Part shown: piece after piece, positions 40,932 through 51,108 of the stretch
Numbering within the stretch: the stretch's first letter is position 1
How the letters are laid out: every line of letters starts with the position of its first letter
Origin: a virus
Virus record (IMG/VR): IMGVR_UViG_3300025099_003636
Location: 35,620-99,619 of that record
Length of the DNA stretch: 64,000 bases
Reading direction: 5' to 3' (one strand)
Made by a program: the position numbers and the translations under genes
The notes under the pieces: model-generated
Database searches by the model: none
Seen by the model: the letters and a program-made list of their open reading frames with translations, nothing else
What the model was told of the DNA's origin: nothing

Positions 40932-41032
40932 AGTTTATATTTGTTTAAATTTTATAGGATAGTATCCGTTATAAAATAAATATCCCAAACATTGAGTTTA
41001 GGATATTTTACAAATCAAACTTTTTCTTTATT

Positions 41033-41740
41033 TTAAATTTCTTCTAGTATTAAGTATAAATAACTGTTCCAAATTATTCCCGCGTGTGAACCTGCTTGTG
41101 TTATTTCTAATTTAAATCCACCATTCCCATCTTCAATAACATCCATATATGTTGTCCAACTTAACCACACACCATTACAAGTTAATGTTCTTAAATCCAT
41201 AGTTAATGTACCCATATTATATGTGTAATTATCAACATACATTGTCATAAAATTAGGAGCGAAATCATAAGCGTGTGCTGGTGAACCAGTACTATTTGTT
41301 GGGTAGACATTAACTGTGAATATGTCGTTTCCTTCTCCATAATAATCATCATTAAAACTTATTGTACTACTGGATAAAATACTATAAGGGTTTGAGGTAT
41401 ATGAATATGATGTGTCAACGTGTGATGAAGTCACTTCACTACAATTAATTTCAAATCCTGATTCTACTATCTTCCAAGTTTTACCGTCACCAATAAATGT
41501 AGTGGAGGTTGTGTTAGTGTTTGTGTTATTTGATACCACGTAATCTGTAGCTAACAATTCTTCTTCAACATTTTGTATTGTAACTGTGTCACCATCAACA
41601 ATAGTTATTGTATCGTTATTGGTATTAACATTTATTTGTGTGTTTGGATTTGGTGGGATAGGTTGTAATAAGTCGTCTTCTTTTTGGCAAGATGTCATTA
41701 CTACTAATAGTGTCGCTAAACTTAAAAGATATTTTTTCAT
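41033..41740 (-). CDS. Lipoprotein, probably surface-exposed
   Basis: MKKYLLSLATLLVVMTS|CQKEDD lipobox plus charged export-type motif; TATCTTTG box upstream (~41786-41793). Confidence 0.75.
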   Translation of the reverse strand: MKKYLLSLATLLVVMTSCQKEDDLLQPIPPNPNTQINVNTNNDTITIVDGDTVTIQNVEEELLATDYVVSNNTNTNTTSTTFIGDGKTWKIVESGFEINCSEVTSSHVDTSYSYTSNPYSILSSSTISFNDDYYGEGNDIFTVNVYPTNSTGSPAHAYDFAPNFMTMYVDNYTYNMGTLTMDLRTLTCNGVWLSWTTYMDVIEDGNGGFKLEITQAGSHAGIIWNSYLYLILEEI

Positions 41741-41841
41741 AGTATTTAGTGGGTTTTAAAGATTAATTACTTTTTATTTGTAGTACAAAGATAATAAAAA
41801 ATAATTAAATAGAGAAGGAAATATAACTTTTTTTTTAAGTG

Positions 41842-43470
41842 TTAATCGTTATCTAATGCATCTAACATATTAGATATATCATCCTCAGCCCCCATTTCGG
41901 ATTTTTTTCTTTTTTCTAGATTTTTCTTGTAAGTTTCAGTCCGATATTTTTCTGGTACAGCTGTCACATCATCAAATCCTGGGTTTTCAAACATTAAACT
42001 TAACAACATATTATTATCTTTATCACTACCGTCTGACCCAAACCAAGTTAATAATGATTTATTACTTAATATATTGTTAACCCATTCTTTATATCCTTCG
42101 GTACGATATTTTTTTGGTACAATTGTTTTACCTTCCTCAAAAGCATGCCATCCATTTTTTATTGCTTGAGTCATGAGTTCGTTATCCTTAGCACTACCAG
42201 AAGAATTAAAGATAAACTTTATAAAGTCCCATTGTGTTTTTATATTTTCGTCTACTTCAAATTCACCATCAGTGGCTACTTCCTGAAAGAAATTACCAAT
42301 TTTAATGTCAGTTGTATCATCAAGGTCTATTCCCCATAATTTTTCTATTAACTTTTTAGGGCCTCTAATACCACTTTTTGCCATTTCCTCCATTATTTTA
42401 AAATATCCCAACCCCGCAATTACATATGGTGTCGCTGCTTTACCAAATTGTATAAGTTTGCTTTGTTGTTTTGCGGTATACAACCCAGTCTTTGTTAGTG
42501 CTTCAACCATTTCTTTACTTAGTTTTGCTTTAACACCATCAATGGTTATTTCAAGAAATCCTTTTTCAACTGCGTTCTCAACCATTTCTTTAGTAATTTT
42601 TTTACCTCCGATTTCCACAGCTTCTCCAATAAAGTCTTTAGCCACAATATCCTTGAGGTGTGCCTTTACTTCTTTTTCAAGAAATTCTTGTGCGGTTTCT
42701 GTTGTCAAACTTCTTAGTTGGTATTGTTCTAGTAGGGTAAGTCCTTCCCCAGTAATAACTTTTCCCGCTATCTTTTGTGTCCCTCCTTTGGCCCATGATT
42801 TAACAAAAGGAAACTTTTTTACCACAGCAGGAACTCCTGGTAAGATAGTAAGGAATCCGACCAACCCAGCCATTTCCTCATCACCCTCACTATAATAAAG
42901 TGCAGCATCTGTCAGACCTGCAGCCATAGAGATACCTAAAGCTACACCCCATCCTATTCCAGGTATTAATAATGCCCCAATTTCTATTATGGGTAAAACA
43001 CAATGCCACCACTTATCACACCAACCTGGTTCACCCGCTTCATAATGGTTTATTTTCCAGTCTACACCTTGTTTGTTACCTACATTATATTTCCAACTTT
43101 TAGTATGTCCTGGATAAAAATCCTTAATCCCATTTTTATATTGTTTATAAAATTGGTCGTCACTGCAACTTGAGAAGAAAGTACCAATGCTTGTACCACA
43201 TTTCTGTGTTCCCGTAGTCCAGTTTTCCCACTTACCGTCAACAATCTTTTTTGCTACGGAGTCTCTTTTCTTTTTCCAACTCTTAGTATATTGTTGTTCG
43301 TCAGGCCAACGAGCAGAACCTGGACCTTTCATACTCCTTCCATAATCTTTTAATGATGAAATTGACATACCGTCGTAGTAACCACCTTGCACCGTTTGTT
43401 CTATAATAGCCTGCTCTAATATAGTTTCACTTAGTGTTAAATGTAGGGATATTTTAGTTTTCTTGGCCAT
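41842..43470 (-). CDS. Leader-bearing membrane-active protein with pre-toxin-TG-like region (paralog of 46889-48349)
   Basis: MAKKTKISL..LSE..ILE..IIE|Q; WHCVLP..ALLIPGIG..DAALYYSEGD..AGL..LPG; C-terminal SxGSxxDN repeats. Confidence 0.6.
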   Translation of the reverse strand: MAKKTKISLHLTLSETILEQAIIEQTVQGGYYDGMSISSLKDYGRSMKGPGSARWPDEQQYTKSWKKKRDSVAKKIVDGKWENWTTGTQKCGTSIGTFFSSCSDDQFYKQYKNGIKDFYPGHTKSWKYNVGNKQGVDWKINHYEAGEPGWCDKWWHCVLPIIEIGALLIPGIGWGVALGISMAAGLTDAALYYSEGDEEMAGLVGFLTILPGVPAVVKKFPFVKSWAKGGTQKIAGKVITGEGLTLLEQYQLRSLTTETAQEFLEKEVKAHLKDIVAKDFIGEAVEIGGKKITKEMVENAVEKGFLEITIDGVKAKLSKEMVEALTKTGLYTAKQQSKLIQFGKAATPYVIAGLGYFKIMEEMAKSGIRGPKKLIEKLWGIDLDDTTDIKIGNFFQEVATDGEFEVDENIKTQWDFIKFIFNSSGSAKDNELMTQAIKNGWHAFEEGKTIVPKKYRTEGYKEWVNNILSNKSLLTWFGSDGSDKDNNMLLSLMFENPGFDDVTAVPEKYRTETYKKNLEKRKKSEMGAEDDISNMLDALDND

Positions 43471-44298
43471 TTAAATTGTTTGAGCTATTGGTGCGGTATC
43501 AAAAACCATGTACTCTCTTCCATTTTCTATCGTCGGTTTTTCTCCTTTATTTCTAAATATCATAACACCATCTCTACCGGATGTATTAAAAATATAATAG
43601 TTTACTGTTTTGGTTGGGTATGGATATAGTCCTCTAGACTGTATTTTCCATTTGTTATCATCTAACATTACAGCATCTACCAAAGGTTTAGCCTGATAAC
43701 CGTGTTCCTCACCACTATTTTTATTTATCATTATTATATCTACCCCTGTTAGTGCATCACTAAACATACCTGGTTCACCAGACCATTCAGCTCCCCAATC
43801 ATCACCATATAATGTTGTTAAATATTCTACAGCTTCACCTTCATTTTTAGAACCTCTATTCCAAGTGTTGTGATTTAAGTCAGCTAATTTTTTAACCATT
43901 GGTGTATCTTTTCCAAATAATATATATCTTTCGTTAGACACCCAATTTAAAAAATCTTTAATTTTAAACTCACATTCTAACCCCTCTTTACTTAACCATA
44001 ATCCGTATTCATCAATTAAGGCTTCTCTCACATTTCTATGAGCGTTAAAAAAATTTAATATTGACCACCCAAAGGTGCTTCCTTGAGCAACTTCGTAACC
44101 AACAACACCACCACTAGACATGTGTTTTTTTGTTGGTCTTTCCCACATATCAGAATACACATCACGTAATGCCTTATTAATAGTTTGTATCATACCTTTT
44201 CTCCAACCACTATTTTTCCCCCAGTATTTAAGATTTTTAGCCCAATTAAGTGAACATCGTGTTTGTTCTACCAATATTTTTTTAATTAGACTTTTCAT
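43471..44298 (-). CDS. Class-C leader-bearing putative PD-(D/E)xK-type nuclease
   Basis: MKSLIKKILVE|Q; RGSKNE..., D.LTGVDIIM, GYQAKP. Confidence 0.5.
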   Translation of the reverse strand: MKSLIKKILVEQTRCSLNWAKNLKYWGKNSGWRKGMIQTINKALRDVYSDMWERPTKKHMSSGGVVGYEVAQGSTFGWSILNFFNAHRNVREALIDEYGLWLSKEGLECEFKIKDFLNWVSNERYILFGKDTPMVKKLADLNHNTWNRGSKNEGEAVEYLTTLYGDDWGAEWSGEPGMFSDALTGVDIIMINKNSGEEHGYQAKPLVDAVMLDDNKWKIQSRGLYPYPTKTVNYYIFNTSGRDGVMIFRNKGEKPTIENGREYMVFDTAPIAQTI

Positions 44299-45150
44299 TT
44301 AGGTTAAATTCTTAGTTTTTTTGTATTTTAATTGAGCGTCAATAAAGGTGTTTATGTTTGGGTACTTTTTCTTGTCGGCTTTTTTATATTTGTTTTGGTA
44401 TTCTTTTTTTTCGTTACTGGTTAACTTTTTAATTTCATCTTTCACCTCACTTTTAACGATTGATTTTGATGTTTTATACGAACTTCCTTTTGCTATACCA
44501 CTAAAAAATTCTTTCATCTGTTTTACCATTACATTACCTGCTTTAGTAAATGCTAAAGGTAATCCAATAAACCCAAATGAAGCTTTATCTACTAGTTTGG
44601 CAAATGAAGGTATTAAACTATCAAGAAAAGAATTAATTTTACTAACATTTTTACTTATAATGCCGTACACTTTTTTAATAAGTCCTTGAACTTTACCACC
44701 CATATTATTTGCTAACTTAAATAAATTATTTGAGGCTACTTTACCACTTGTTGTCATTAGACTAAATATTTTAGATAATTGTTTTCCCACTAATTTATGT
44801 AGTGCTTTAAATGGTGTAGCTATAACTGAACCTACCACCGGTATTACAGCTACAAGGGATAAAGCTCCTAGTACCCATTTTTTTCTAATCATATAAATTA
44901 GAGCGTTAATCGCGTCAAGTGCGTCACCTATACCAGGTATAAATCCAGCGTAATCCAATACAGCTTGTACATCATCTATTACGCCCTCAGTAAGTAAAAG
45001 TTTGCCATTACCATCGTAAATTTCTAAAAGCTGGTTATTTCTATACCCCAACCCTCTACTATATGACATACCTTCAAAAAGTATTCCTTCTTGGTAATTT
45101 AATTCTTCTTGAATTATTTTTAATATTTTATTTTCGTCTGTATTATACAC
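44299..45150 (-). CDS. Pre-toxin-TG-like domain protein
   Basis: LLTE|GVIDDVQAVLDYAGFIPGIGDALDAINALIY...GALSLVAVIPVVG followed by amphipathic basic helices. Confidence 0.65.
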   Translation of the reverse strand: MYNTDENKILKIIQEELNYQEGILFEGMSYSRGLGYRNNQLLEIYDGNGKLLLTEGVIDDVQAVLDYAGFIPGIGDALDAINALIYMIRKKWVLGALSLVAVIPVVGSVIATPFKALHKLVGKQLSKIFSLMTTSGKVASNNLFKLANNMGGKVQGLIKKVYGIISKNVSKINSFLDSLIPSFAKLVDKASFGFIGLPLAFTKAGNVMVKQMKEFFSGIAKGSSYKTSKSIVKSEVKDEIKKLTSNEKKEYQNKYKKADKKKYPNINTFIDAQLKYKKTKNLT

Positions 45151-45361
45151 CCAGTTCTTTTTTAGCTTTGTCTGTTGGTGGTAACCCCAACTTCTTAGTT
45201 AGTTCAGCAATTTTAGTTTTTAATTCTTCGTTATCTGGGTCTTTTGTAAGTTGGTTTATTAGACCCATTAAGTCTTTGTTTTCCACTTCTTTTTCCTGTT
45301 CTTTAATAACCCTACCTACTATTCTTACTAAAGTTTCTTCTGTTAATTTGATTTTTTTCAT
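45143..45361 (-). CDS. Class-A leader-bearing small protein
   Basis: MKKIKLTEETLVRIVGRVIKE|Q; TATTTATA 45375-45382. Confidence 0.65.
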   Translation of the reverse strand: MKKIKLTEETLVRIVGRVIKEQEKEVENKDLMGLINQLTKDPDNEELKTKIAELTKKLGLPPTDKAKKELGV

Positions 45362-45400
45362 AATAGTATTTTATTATAAATATTAAGTTAAGTGAATAAA

Positions 45401-45422
45401 AAAAGGTCCGAAAGGACCTTTT
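45401..45422. terminator. Intrinsic terminator
   Basis: AAAAGGTCC-GAAA-GGACCTTTT. Confidence 0.8.
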
Positions 45423-45424
45423 TG

Positions 45425-46009
45425 TTAAATTGTAGTGTTTGGAATTTTCTTAAGTGTTTCTTCACAATCTTTTTGACAACCATATAGTTTCATTCCTATA
45501 GGTACTACGTCGAATGTAGACATATTAGCTAAACTCATTAGAACCTTACCAATCATAGATGTAAATTCTGTTTCAGTGACCTTACCATCCTTAAATATTT
45601 TTTCCATTTCACCATAAATGTAATCAGCTTTTTTAGAGTATTTTCCTAATGCTTTTATAATACAAGTTTTACACTTATCATCAATTTCTGGCATTTGTTG
45701 TTCTATTATGGAATTTTCTCTATGTAACCTTCTCATTCTTTCTATATCCTCTTCTTCGGATAACCCAATCATCCCCATTAAATCTTCAACATCTAGATTT
45801 ATTTCTTCAGAACCATCTACAATATTGTCTTCACCTTTAACTTCAGCTTCAAGTGAAGCTGCTTCACATGGTGACATACTATCTTCTTTATGTGATAAAG
45901 GTTGTGAATAAGAACCACTTGCTGAAGCTGTTGTTGCTTCATACAATTTTCTTATTTCTTTTTTTTCTTCATCTAATAAGATGAATGAGTTTCTTCTTGA
46001 GTATTTCAT
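45425..46009 (-). CDS. Protein with two class-D leader copies
   Basis: Likely ATG 46009; LDEEKKEIRKLYE|A and LSEEEDIERMRRLH..IIE|Q. Confidence 0.55.
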   Translation of the reverse strand: MKYSRRNSFILLDEEKKEIRKLYEATTASASGSYSQPLSHKEDSMSPCEAASLEAEVKGEDNIVDGSEEINLDVEDLMGMIGLSEEEDIERMRRLHRENSIIEQQMPEIDDKCKTCIIKALGKYSKKADYIYGEMEKIFKDGKVTETEFTSMIGKVLMSLANMSTFDVVPIGMKLYGCQKDCEETLKKIPNTTI

Positions 46010-46013
46010 ATTT

Positions 46014-46844
46014 TTATTCAAAGTCAAAATGACATGGGTCTTTTGGTGCTTTTACATTAGGACCAGTTTCATCAGTTCCAGTTATTATTTGTTGTGCTGT
46101 TTTAAAAGCTTTTTTCTGTAATGCAACTCTTTCAAAGTTTTCTGAATAGTCTCTAAATATTCCCTCAGCACCTCTAATATTTTTATCATTAAAATATTTT
46201 TTACCTTCTTTTTGTACTAATTTAACAACACCTTTAAAGTCCTTTATAAAATCTTTAACTATACCTTTTATTGGTCCCCTTAAAAACTTAGTGTACATTT
46301 CAAGTTTTGCTATATAAGCAGCTAACGATGTTAAACCTTTAAGGCTATCATTTTCGGCTTTTTCCGGCATATATCTCTCATCACAATTTTTACTACTTCT
46401 AATAAAGTAAGCTACTGCTGATATTGCACCATAAACACTATATAACTTATTTAAAACTAATTCATTCATAATTTTTATATAGTCTTTATTACCTTCAGAA
46501 TCTTTTTCTATAGCGTTTACCTCTGCTGCGGTTGGTTCTAATTTATCATAGTAAGCTGGTGGGTTGGCAGTTGCAAGGTCAGTAAGTAGGGTTTGGATTG
46601 AGCCTCCTCTTATCTTTTTTTGTCTTTTCTTTTCACCTCTTTCATCGGTGTCTAGTGCGAACTCATCTTTTTCTTCACCACTATCATCAGTTTTTAATGC
46701 TTTCTTTAAAGCTTTTTTTCTTTTATAAGCTTTTGTACCTGGTAACCAAGATTGTTCACCCATTTCGGAAGCCTTATTTTCTTTCACGATTTGTTGAATC
46801 ATTTTTATAAGTTCTGATTCAGTTAATGTTACTTTTTTTGCCAT
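46014..46844 (-). CDS. Class-A leader-bearing protein
   Basis: MAKKVTLTESELIKMIQQIVKE|N; TATTTATA 46860-46867. Confidence 0.65.
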   Translation of the reverse strand: MAKKVTLTESELIKMIQQIVKENKASEMGEQSWLPGTKAYKRKKALKKALKTDDSGEEKDEFALDTDERGEKKRQKKIRGGSIQTLLTDLATANPPAYYDKLEPTAAEVNAIEKDSEGNKDYIKIMNELVLNKLYSVYGAISAVAYFIRSSKNCDERYMPEKAENDSLKGLTSLAAYIAKLEMYTKFLRGPIKGIVKDFIKDFKGVVKLVQKEGKKYFNDKNIRGAEGIFRDYSENFERVALQKKAFKTAQQIITGTDETGPNVKAPKDPCHFDFE

Positions 46845-46888
46845 AGTTTTGTGTTTTTATATAAATATCTTTAATTAATAAAAAGTTG

Positions 46889-48349
46889 TTAGTCATCTAA
46901 ACTATCTAAGAAATCTTCCAGTGAATCTCCAATATCATTTTCATCATCCACCCAGTCATCACTTTTTTCCAATTTTTCTCTTTCTTCTTTTTTCTTTTTG
47001 TACGTTTCGGTTTGATATTTTTCGGGTATGGATTCGAATTCACTAAATGATGGATTTTCAAATACTAAACTTAATAAAAGATTATTGTCTTGTTCACTAC
47101 CATCCGAACCAAACCATTCTATCAATACTTTATTACTTAATATACTATTAACCCAGTTTTTGTAATCTTTAGTACGATATTTTTTTGGTACTATTGCTTT
47201 ACCCTCTTCATATGGGTTCCACCCATTTTTTATAGCTTGTACCATTAACTCCCCATCTTTTTTATTTCCAGAAGAATTAAATATAAATTTTATAAAGTCC
47301 CACTCTGTTTCTACATCCATAAAAGGTTCTGCGTCAGGGTCTGTTACTTTAAGAAAAAACTTATTTACTTTTTGGGTGGCTTTATCTCTAGGTTCTATCC
47401 CCCATAAATTCCTTATTAAGTCTTTTGGCCCTAGAACACCAGTTTCAGCTACCTTACCATATATTTCTTTGTATGTTAGTCCTGCTCCTATGAATACGGT
47501 TGTTATTGTAGCAAATTCTTTTAACCAAGCTTTTTGTTTTGCGGTAAATTTTTCTATACTTTCTTTTGTTATTTTTTCCGAGATTTCTTTTTGTACATGT
47601 TTTGTTACCGCCTTTTCAATAAATTCTGTACTTTCACCTAAAGCTTTTAACTGGTATCTTTCTAACATATTAAGTGGTTTGTTATTTGAAATCTTTAATG
47701 CTATTTTTTTAGCACCATTCTTACCCCACGATTTAACAAATGGGAATTTCTTCACAACTTTACCTACTCCCGGTAGTAATGTTAAGAATCCCACAAGACC
47801 AGCAGTTTCTTTATCACCTTCATTCCAATAAATCGCTGCGTCAATCATACCTAGACCAATTGATACTGCCCACCCAACATAAGGAATAAATAATGCTGCG
47901 ACTTCTGCAACAGGTAAAATACAATGCCAAGGATTATCACACATTCCCTTTTCACCTTGTTCCACCCATTCAATCCACTGGTCCATAGTCCAATCTCGTT
48001 TATTTAACATTGTACATGGTGGGGAACCTTCATTTTTATATTTATTATAAAAATCTGTATCAGCTTGTGTCCAATCTTCAAATTCCATTCTCACGATTCT
48101 TCTAGCTTGCCTTTTGGCTTTTTCTCTATACTCTTCACACTCGTTCCAGAATTGGTTGAAAGCTTTTTTAACGGCCTCCCTTTGTTTCTTATCAAAATTT
48201 GATTGGATTTGGTAGTTTGGGCTATCTGGATTATAATCTCCACTTAGAATTTTATCTTTTACATAACCTTGTTCTTGTACAGCAATAGTTTTTTCTGTTA
48301 CTAGGTCAATTAATGAAGAATTTAATGATATTTTGGATTTTTTGGTCAT
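46889..48349 (-). CDS. Leader-bearing pre-toxin-TG-like protein (paralog of 41842-43470)
   Basis: MTKKSKISL..VTE..VQE|Q; WHCILP..ALFIPYVG..DAAIYWNEGD..AGLVGFLTLLPG; WDFIKFIFNSSG..IVPKKYRT. Confidence 0.6.
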   Translation of the reverse strand: MTKKSKISLNSSLIDLVTEKTIAVQEQGYVKDKILSGDYNPDSPNYQIQSNFDKKQREAVKKAFNQFWNECEEYREKAKRQARRIVRMEFEDWTQADTDFYNKYKNEGSPPCTMLNKRDWTMDQWIEWVEQGEKGMCDNPWHCILPVAEVAALFIPYVGWAVSIGLGMIDAAIYWNEGDKETAGLVGFLTLLPGVGKVVKKFPFVKSWGKNGAKKIALKISNNKPLNMLERYQLKALGESTEFIEKAVTKHVQKEISEKITKESIEKFTAKQKAWLKEFATITTVFIGAGLTYKEIYGKVAETGVLGPKDLIRNLWGIEPRDKATQKVNKFFLKVTDPDAEPFMDVETEWDFIKFIFNSSGNKKDGELMVQAIKNGWNPYEEGKAIVPKKYRTKDYKNWVNSILSNKVLIEWFGSDGSEQDNNLLLSLVFENPSFSEFESIPEKYQTETYKKKKEEREKLEKSDDWVDDENDIGDSLEDFLDSLDD

Positions 48350-48351
48350 TT

Positions 48352-48684
48352 TTATTTAAATCCACCCAATTTGTATAGTAAATTTTCTAAAGAAGAGTTA
48401 ACTAAGTCTGTTGCACCGTCTTGTGAATAAGAATATATCGCTGTTAAATCATCTACAACATCTTCTTTAGTGTATATTGCTCCTTCCTCCGAGTCTTTAC
48501 TGTATATTGCTCCATCATCTGAGTCTTTACTGTAGTTACCCCCGTATTGTTTTTTTAGATTTTTCCAGTCATCGTCATAAAAATACTCTGGATTACCACC
48601 TGGTGTATCCATACCAGCGTCCTCTTTTATAACTTTTTGGATTATTTTTGTCAATTCCGCTTCTGTTAAACTAATTTTTTTCAT
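48352..48684 (-). CDS. Class-A leader-bearing small protein
   Basis: MKKISLTEAELTKIIQKVIKE|D; internal YSKDS..GAIY tandem; TATTTAT 48703-48709. Confidence 0.65.
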   Translation of the reverse strand: MKKISLTEAELTKIIQKVIKEDAGMDTPGGNPEYFYDDDWKNLKKQYGGNYSKDSDDGAIYSKDSEEGAIYTKEDVVDDLTAIYSYSQDGATDLVNSSLENLLYKLGGFK

Positions 48685-48728
48685 AATAATGTTATTTTAT
48701 AGATAAATACTTAAGTTATGGTAAAAAA

Positions 48729-48750
48729 AAAAGGCCTAGTCAGGCCTTTT
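48729..48750. terminator. Intrinsic terminator
   Basis: AAAAGGCCT-AGTC-AGGCCTTTT. Confidence 0.75.
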
Positions 48751-48772
48751 TAATAAATAAGTTTGTAGTTGG

Positions 48773-49075
48773 TTATCCTAGTGCATTTTTAGCTAAAGAA
48801 TGATGAGATTTTTCTAATTTATGTAGGTCTGACCATATTTTATCTAATCTTCTGTCTAAATTACTAATATGAAAGTCTTTGTCACTGACCATTTCCCTAT
48901 GAATATGACTAATGTCATCTTCTAGGTCACCTCTCAACCTAATAATTTCATCATCTATGTCCATTCTTGCAACTTCCAAGTCATCGACCCTTCTGTTCAA
49001 CCTTACTACCCCCCAAACCGCACTAATTAAAGATACGACCCCAAGTGTAATTAAAACTGTTAAAAATATTTCCAT
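48773..49075 (-). CDS. Single-TM coiled-coil membrane protein
   Basis: Likely ATG 49075 (MEIFLTVLITLGVVSLISAVWGVV) followed by heptads. Confidence 0.55.
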   Translation of the reverse strand: MEIFLTVLITLGVVSLISAVWGVVRLNRRVDDLEVARMDIDDEIIRLRGDLEDDISHIHREMVSDKDFHISNLDRRLDKIWSDLHKLEKSHHSLAKNALG

Positions 49076-49171
49076 AATTTTTGATTTTTTATAGTTTATG
49101 TCTCTAAGGACGTTATAAATGTAATTAAAACACATAATTAAATAAATATTTTTTTACTTATTTTTTACTTA

Positions 49172-49825
49172 TTGTATATTTCACATATGAAAGCAACATA
49201 TATATGGGGATTATGGGATGATGATGAAAAACCACCACTAAAACACCAAAAAAATATTGATTTTAATAAAACTTATTTTACTCCGGAAGTTATTGGTTTG
49301 GATGTTATTAAAAAGTGGGTTACTAAGTGGGAAAACAAAAAATTACTGTATTTTTGGGAAAAAATTCCTCATCCTGTAATAAAAGGAGACTTGGGGCGGT
49401 TACTTCATATCTATTTTACGGGTGGATTTTATTTTGACACTGATTGTCGTATAAATAAACCTTTAAAGTTAAAAAAAGAGGACAAATTAGTTTTATTTAC
49501 AGAAAAATTACTTCCTAGTGTCGATTTTTTAGGTCCTAGAGAGCAAAAATCACCAGAAAGGGTGTTAAGAATAGCTAATTTTGCTTTTGGGTGTACAGTT
49601 ACTAAACATAAATTCTTAAAAGAGGTAATAGAGGAGTCTATAAAACGGTTAGGAACTATTATTTCTCAAAATAATGACAAATTATCCGAGGAGGATATAC
49701 TTTGGTGTTGTGGTCCTGATGTTATAACGTCAGTATATCACGATTCTCATAAAAAATATGGTGACATTTTACTATTAAATTCCACATATATAACCCATTT
49801 TGCTTATGGAGGTTGGAGATTATAG
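49172..49825 (+). CDS. GT32 (DxD) glycosyltransferase
   Basis: KGDLGRL..IY..GGFYFDTD, CCGPDVIT, H...GGW; likely start 49187. Confidence 0.8.
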   Translation: MYISHMKATYIWGLWDDDEKPPLKHQKNIDFNKTYFTPEVIGLDVIKKWVTKWENKKLLYFWEKIPHPVIKGDLGRLLHIYFTGGFYFDTDCRINKPLKLKKEDKLVLFTEKLLPSVDFLGPREQKSPERVLRIANFAFGCTVTKHKFLKEVIEESIKRLGTIISQNNDKLSEEDILWCCGPDVITSVYHDSHKKYGDILLLNSTYITHFAYGGWRL

Positions 49826-50063
49826 TGTATTTGGGGTGAAACTGGATTTTTACCGTATATTTACTATTATTAAGTTATGACAACAACAACTGTACTTATA
49901 ATATATTCCTTAATTGCTGCTTTAGTAACTTATAAAATTAATAAAAACGAAAAAAATACTTAAAAATGAAAAAATTACGTTATTACTTAGTAAAAGGATT
50001 ATTTTACACATATAAAATGGATAGACAGGCTTTTGGATTTGTTCTCAATAATAGACGTAATAA

Positions 50064-50261
50064 GTGAAAAAATTTATAACTTTTAGTTTAATATGGTATA
50101 GTCAACAATTTGCTATACCATTTTGGGTTGTAGGTCATATACACTTACACTTAAAAACTTATGATGATTGGGTGGAATTAATGTTATCTACCGTTATGCA
50201 TTTATCTGTTATTTCTGGTTTTTGGTTAGACTGGAAAAATTATAAAAAAACTAAAGACTAA
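50064..50261 (+). CDS. Small membrane protein
   Basis: 65 aa hydrophobic, His-containing. Confidence 0.45.
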   Translation: MKKFITFSLIWYSQQFAIPFWVVGHIHLHLKTYDDWVELMLSTVMHLSVISGFWLDWKNYKKTKD

Positions 50262-50286
50262 TATTGACTACAAACCTATAATAGTT

Positions 50287-50487
50287 ATGGGAAAAGCTGA
50301 TAGATTAATAAATAAAATCTCTGAGTGTCAACGAGAATTAAAAAAGATACAAGATACTTGTAATCACAATTCAAAAGAAATTAAATTCGTAAATTATAAA
50401 GAAGGTGTTAGATGGGTTTGTAAAGATTGTCGAGCTGTATTAGGTTGGCCTTCTAGGGTTGACCTTGACAAATGGTCTAATAAATAA
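50287..50487 (+). CDS. Small putative zinc-binding protein
   Basis: CNH...CKDC. Confidence 0.55.
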   Translation: MGKADRLINKISECQRELKKIQDTCNHNSKEIKFVNYKEGVRWVCKDCRAVLGWPSRVDLDKWSNK

Positions 50488-50532
50488 ACTATGTTAGTTG
50501 GTCTGGGTACCAATTATCCCACTCATCTGGTT

Positions 50533-50721
50533 CTATTCCCATTTTCTTTCGTACTTTTCTCTTTGGTCAACCATAACATATTCTACATTATCATGTTCAC
50601 CACAATGTGGACATCTTAATTTTTCTAAATCACTAGCTTCATTGATTTTCCATTCACCCCTGCATTTCTTATTAGAACATTTGTAAATATATGTATGACG
50701 GATAAACACCTTGTGTCCCAT
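50533..50721 (-). CDS. Small zinc-ribbon protein
   Basis: CSNKKC...CPHC. Confidence 0.6.
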   Translation of the reverse strand: MGHKVFIRHTYIYKCSNKKCRGEWKINEASDLEKLRCPHCGEHDNVEYVMVDQREKYERKWE

Positions 50722-50739
50722 TAGTAGTAGTGATTTATA

Positions 50740-51030
50740 TTATTCAACATTTATACTTACTGTCCAACCATTAGTACGTATTTCTATACAAGCCCCCATT
50801 TTACAAATACCGACTACTTGACTTTTATTAAGGCAGTCACATTTTAGGTATTTCTCTTCTGCTGTTGTAAAAGCTCCTTTAGATATCAATTTTTTAACTT
50901 CATTCTTAAAATAACCTAAAGGTCTATTTCTTTTATTACATAAATGATTTTGTATTTCAACAGCCATTTGGTCTAGAGTATCTTTTGAACTATCCCAATG
51001 TAAAATTTTTTCTCCTACTTTGCATCCCAT
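50740..51030 (-). CDS. Cys-containing hypothetical protein
   Basis: 96 aa; TATTTAT at 51049-51055. Confidence 0.55.
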   Translation of the reverse strand: MGCKVGEKILHWDSSKDTLDQMAVEIQNHLCNKRNRPLGYFKNEVKKLISKGAFTTAEEKYLKCDCLNKSQVVGICKMGACIEIRTNGWTVSINVE

Positions 51031-51108
51031 AAGTTTTTGTGTTTATTAATAAATATGTAATGTGGGACAAAACGAGATTAAAAATGAACACTTTTATTAT
51101 AAAATAAA

